Below, piece by piece: positions 63,409 to 64,000 of a DNA stretch of 64,000 nt; positions within the stretch are counted from its first letter, which is position 1, and the number at the start of each line of letters is the position of its first letter. Below the pieces are notes generated by a model. That model had not been told where the DNA came from, did not search any database, and saw only the letters and a program-made list of their open reading frames with translations. Origin of the DNA: Solirubrobacteraceae bacterium. GTDB lineage: Bacteria; Actinomycetota; Thermoleophilia; Solirubrobacterales; Solirubrobacteraceae. Position numbers and translations under genes: made by a program. The stretch lies in assembly GCA_035502815.1 (NCBI GenBank), contig DATJUA010000053.1, forward strand, positions 4,415-68,414, read 5' to 3'.

Positions 63409-64000
63409 GCGGAAACGCGCCCGCTCTGCTCGCCGCTGCCGCCGGCGTCGCCTTGGGACACGCGATCCTGCCGGACCACTGGGTACCGCTCGCCGTCCTC
63501 GGCCGCGCTCGGCGCTATCCGCTCTCACGCGTCGCGCGGCTCTCGGCACTGGCCGGCGTCACGCACGTTCTCGTCTCGATCGTCCTCGGTGGCGTGATCA
63601 TCGCCATCGGTCTGCAATTCCGCCACACGATCGAAAGCGCGCAGGACACGATCGTGGGCGGTGTCCTGATCGCCACCGGCATCGGCTTTGCCGTCCTCGG
63701 GCTGATCGGGCGCGGTCACCATCACCACGGCCAAGATCATCACCACGGACATCACCACCACCACTCGCATGAAAACCCCCGGTCCGACCGGTTTCACGGC
63801 TTGGCTGCGGTGATCGTGCCCTTCGGTGCGGCTGCCTCACCGGACCTGACGATCCTTCCCGTGTTCCTCGCCGCGGCGACGATCGGGACCGCGACCGCGC
63901 TCGGGTCACTGGCGATCTTCGCCGGCGTCACGGTTGGCACGATCATCGGGCTGACACTGGCCGCGGCGCGAGGTGGCTACGAGATCCGAGGTCAGTGGCT
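63405..64000 (+). CDS. His-rich Ni/Co transporter (RcnA/NiCoT-like), 3' end outside the window; absent from the ORF track
   Basis: My translation from GTG 63405: MSGNAPALL...GHAILPDHWVP...GRGHHHHGQDHHHGHHHHHSH...SPDLTILPVFLAA; open to the window end. Confidence 0.82.
   Translation, partial: MSGNAPALLAAAAGVALGHAILPDHWVPLAVLGRARRYPLSRVARLSALAGVTHVLVSIVLGGVIIAIGLQFRHTIESAQDTIVGGVLIATGIGFAVLGLIGRGHHHHGQDHHHGHHHHHSHENPRSDRFHGLAAVIVPFGAAASPDLTILPVFLAAATIGTATALGSLAIFAGVTVGTIIGLTLAAARGGYEIRGQW

Noticed and set aside
63046-64000. Nickel supply for the Ehr complexes
   Set aside because: The complexes lack Ni ligands, and NmtR-type control fits metal efflux; the genes are more than 12 kb away.

Overview
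High-GC window, probably from an actinobacterium (Thermoleophilia/Solirubrobacterales-like, inferred from gene style only). Left part (1-21.4 kb): housekeeping and metabolic genes. These include a PHA synthase/lipid operon, the reverse-transsulfuration pair cbs-metB, an NAD-linked formate dehydrogenase whose catalytic subunit has an in-frame UGA plus SECIS-like hairpin (selenoprotein, split in the ORF track), pdxH, xth and a LigD/PrimPol-C polymerase. Centre (about 22.6-53.8 kb): a candidate fluoride-response island. I find six fluoride (crcB-motif) riboswitches, each heading a different unit: (i) an [NiFe]-less hydrogenase-4-like (Ehr-type) complex, (ii) a DUF2180-like Zn protein, (iii) dynamin-NUDIX-IclR, (iv) two MutS-like ATPases-crcB-crcB-DUF190, (v) a second divergent Ehr-type complex whose NuoB-like subunit has Cys-to-Asp replacements at three Fe-S ligand positions, and (vi) DUF6062-like Zn proteins flanking a MoxR ATPase. 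Right part: an ECF sigma factor with fused ZAS motif, TetR and MarR divergons with visible operators, a large lectin/DUF11 surface protein, a Fur remnant and an NmtR-like regulator with a His-rich Ni/Co transporter. No rRNA, tRNA, CRISPR or transposase was recognised. All family assignments come from motif recognition by eye, not database searches.
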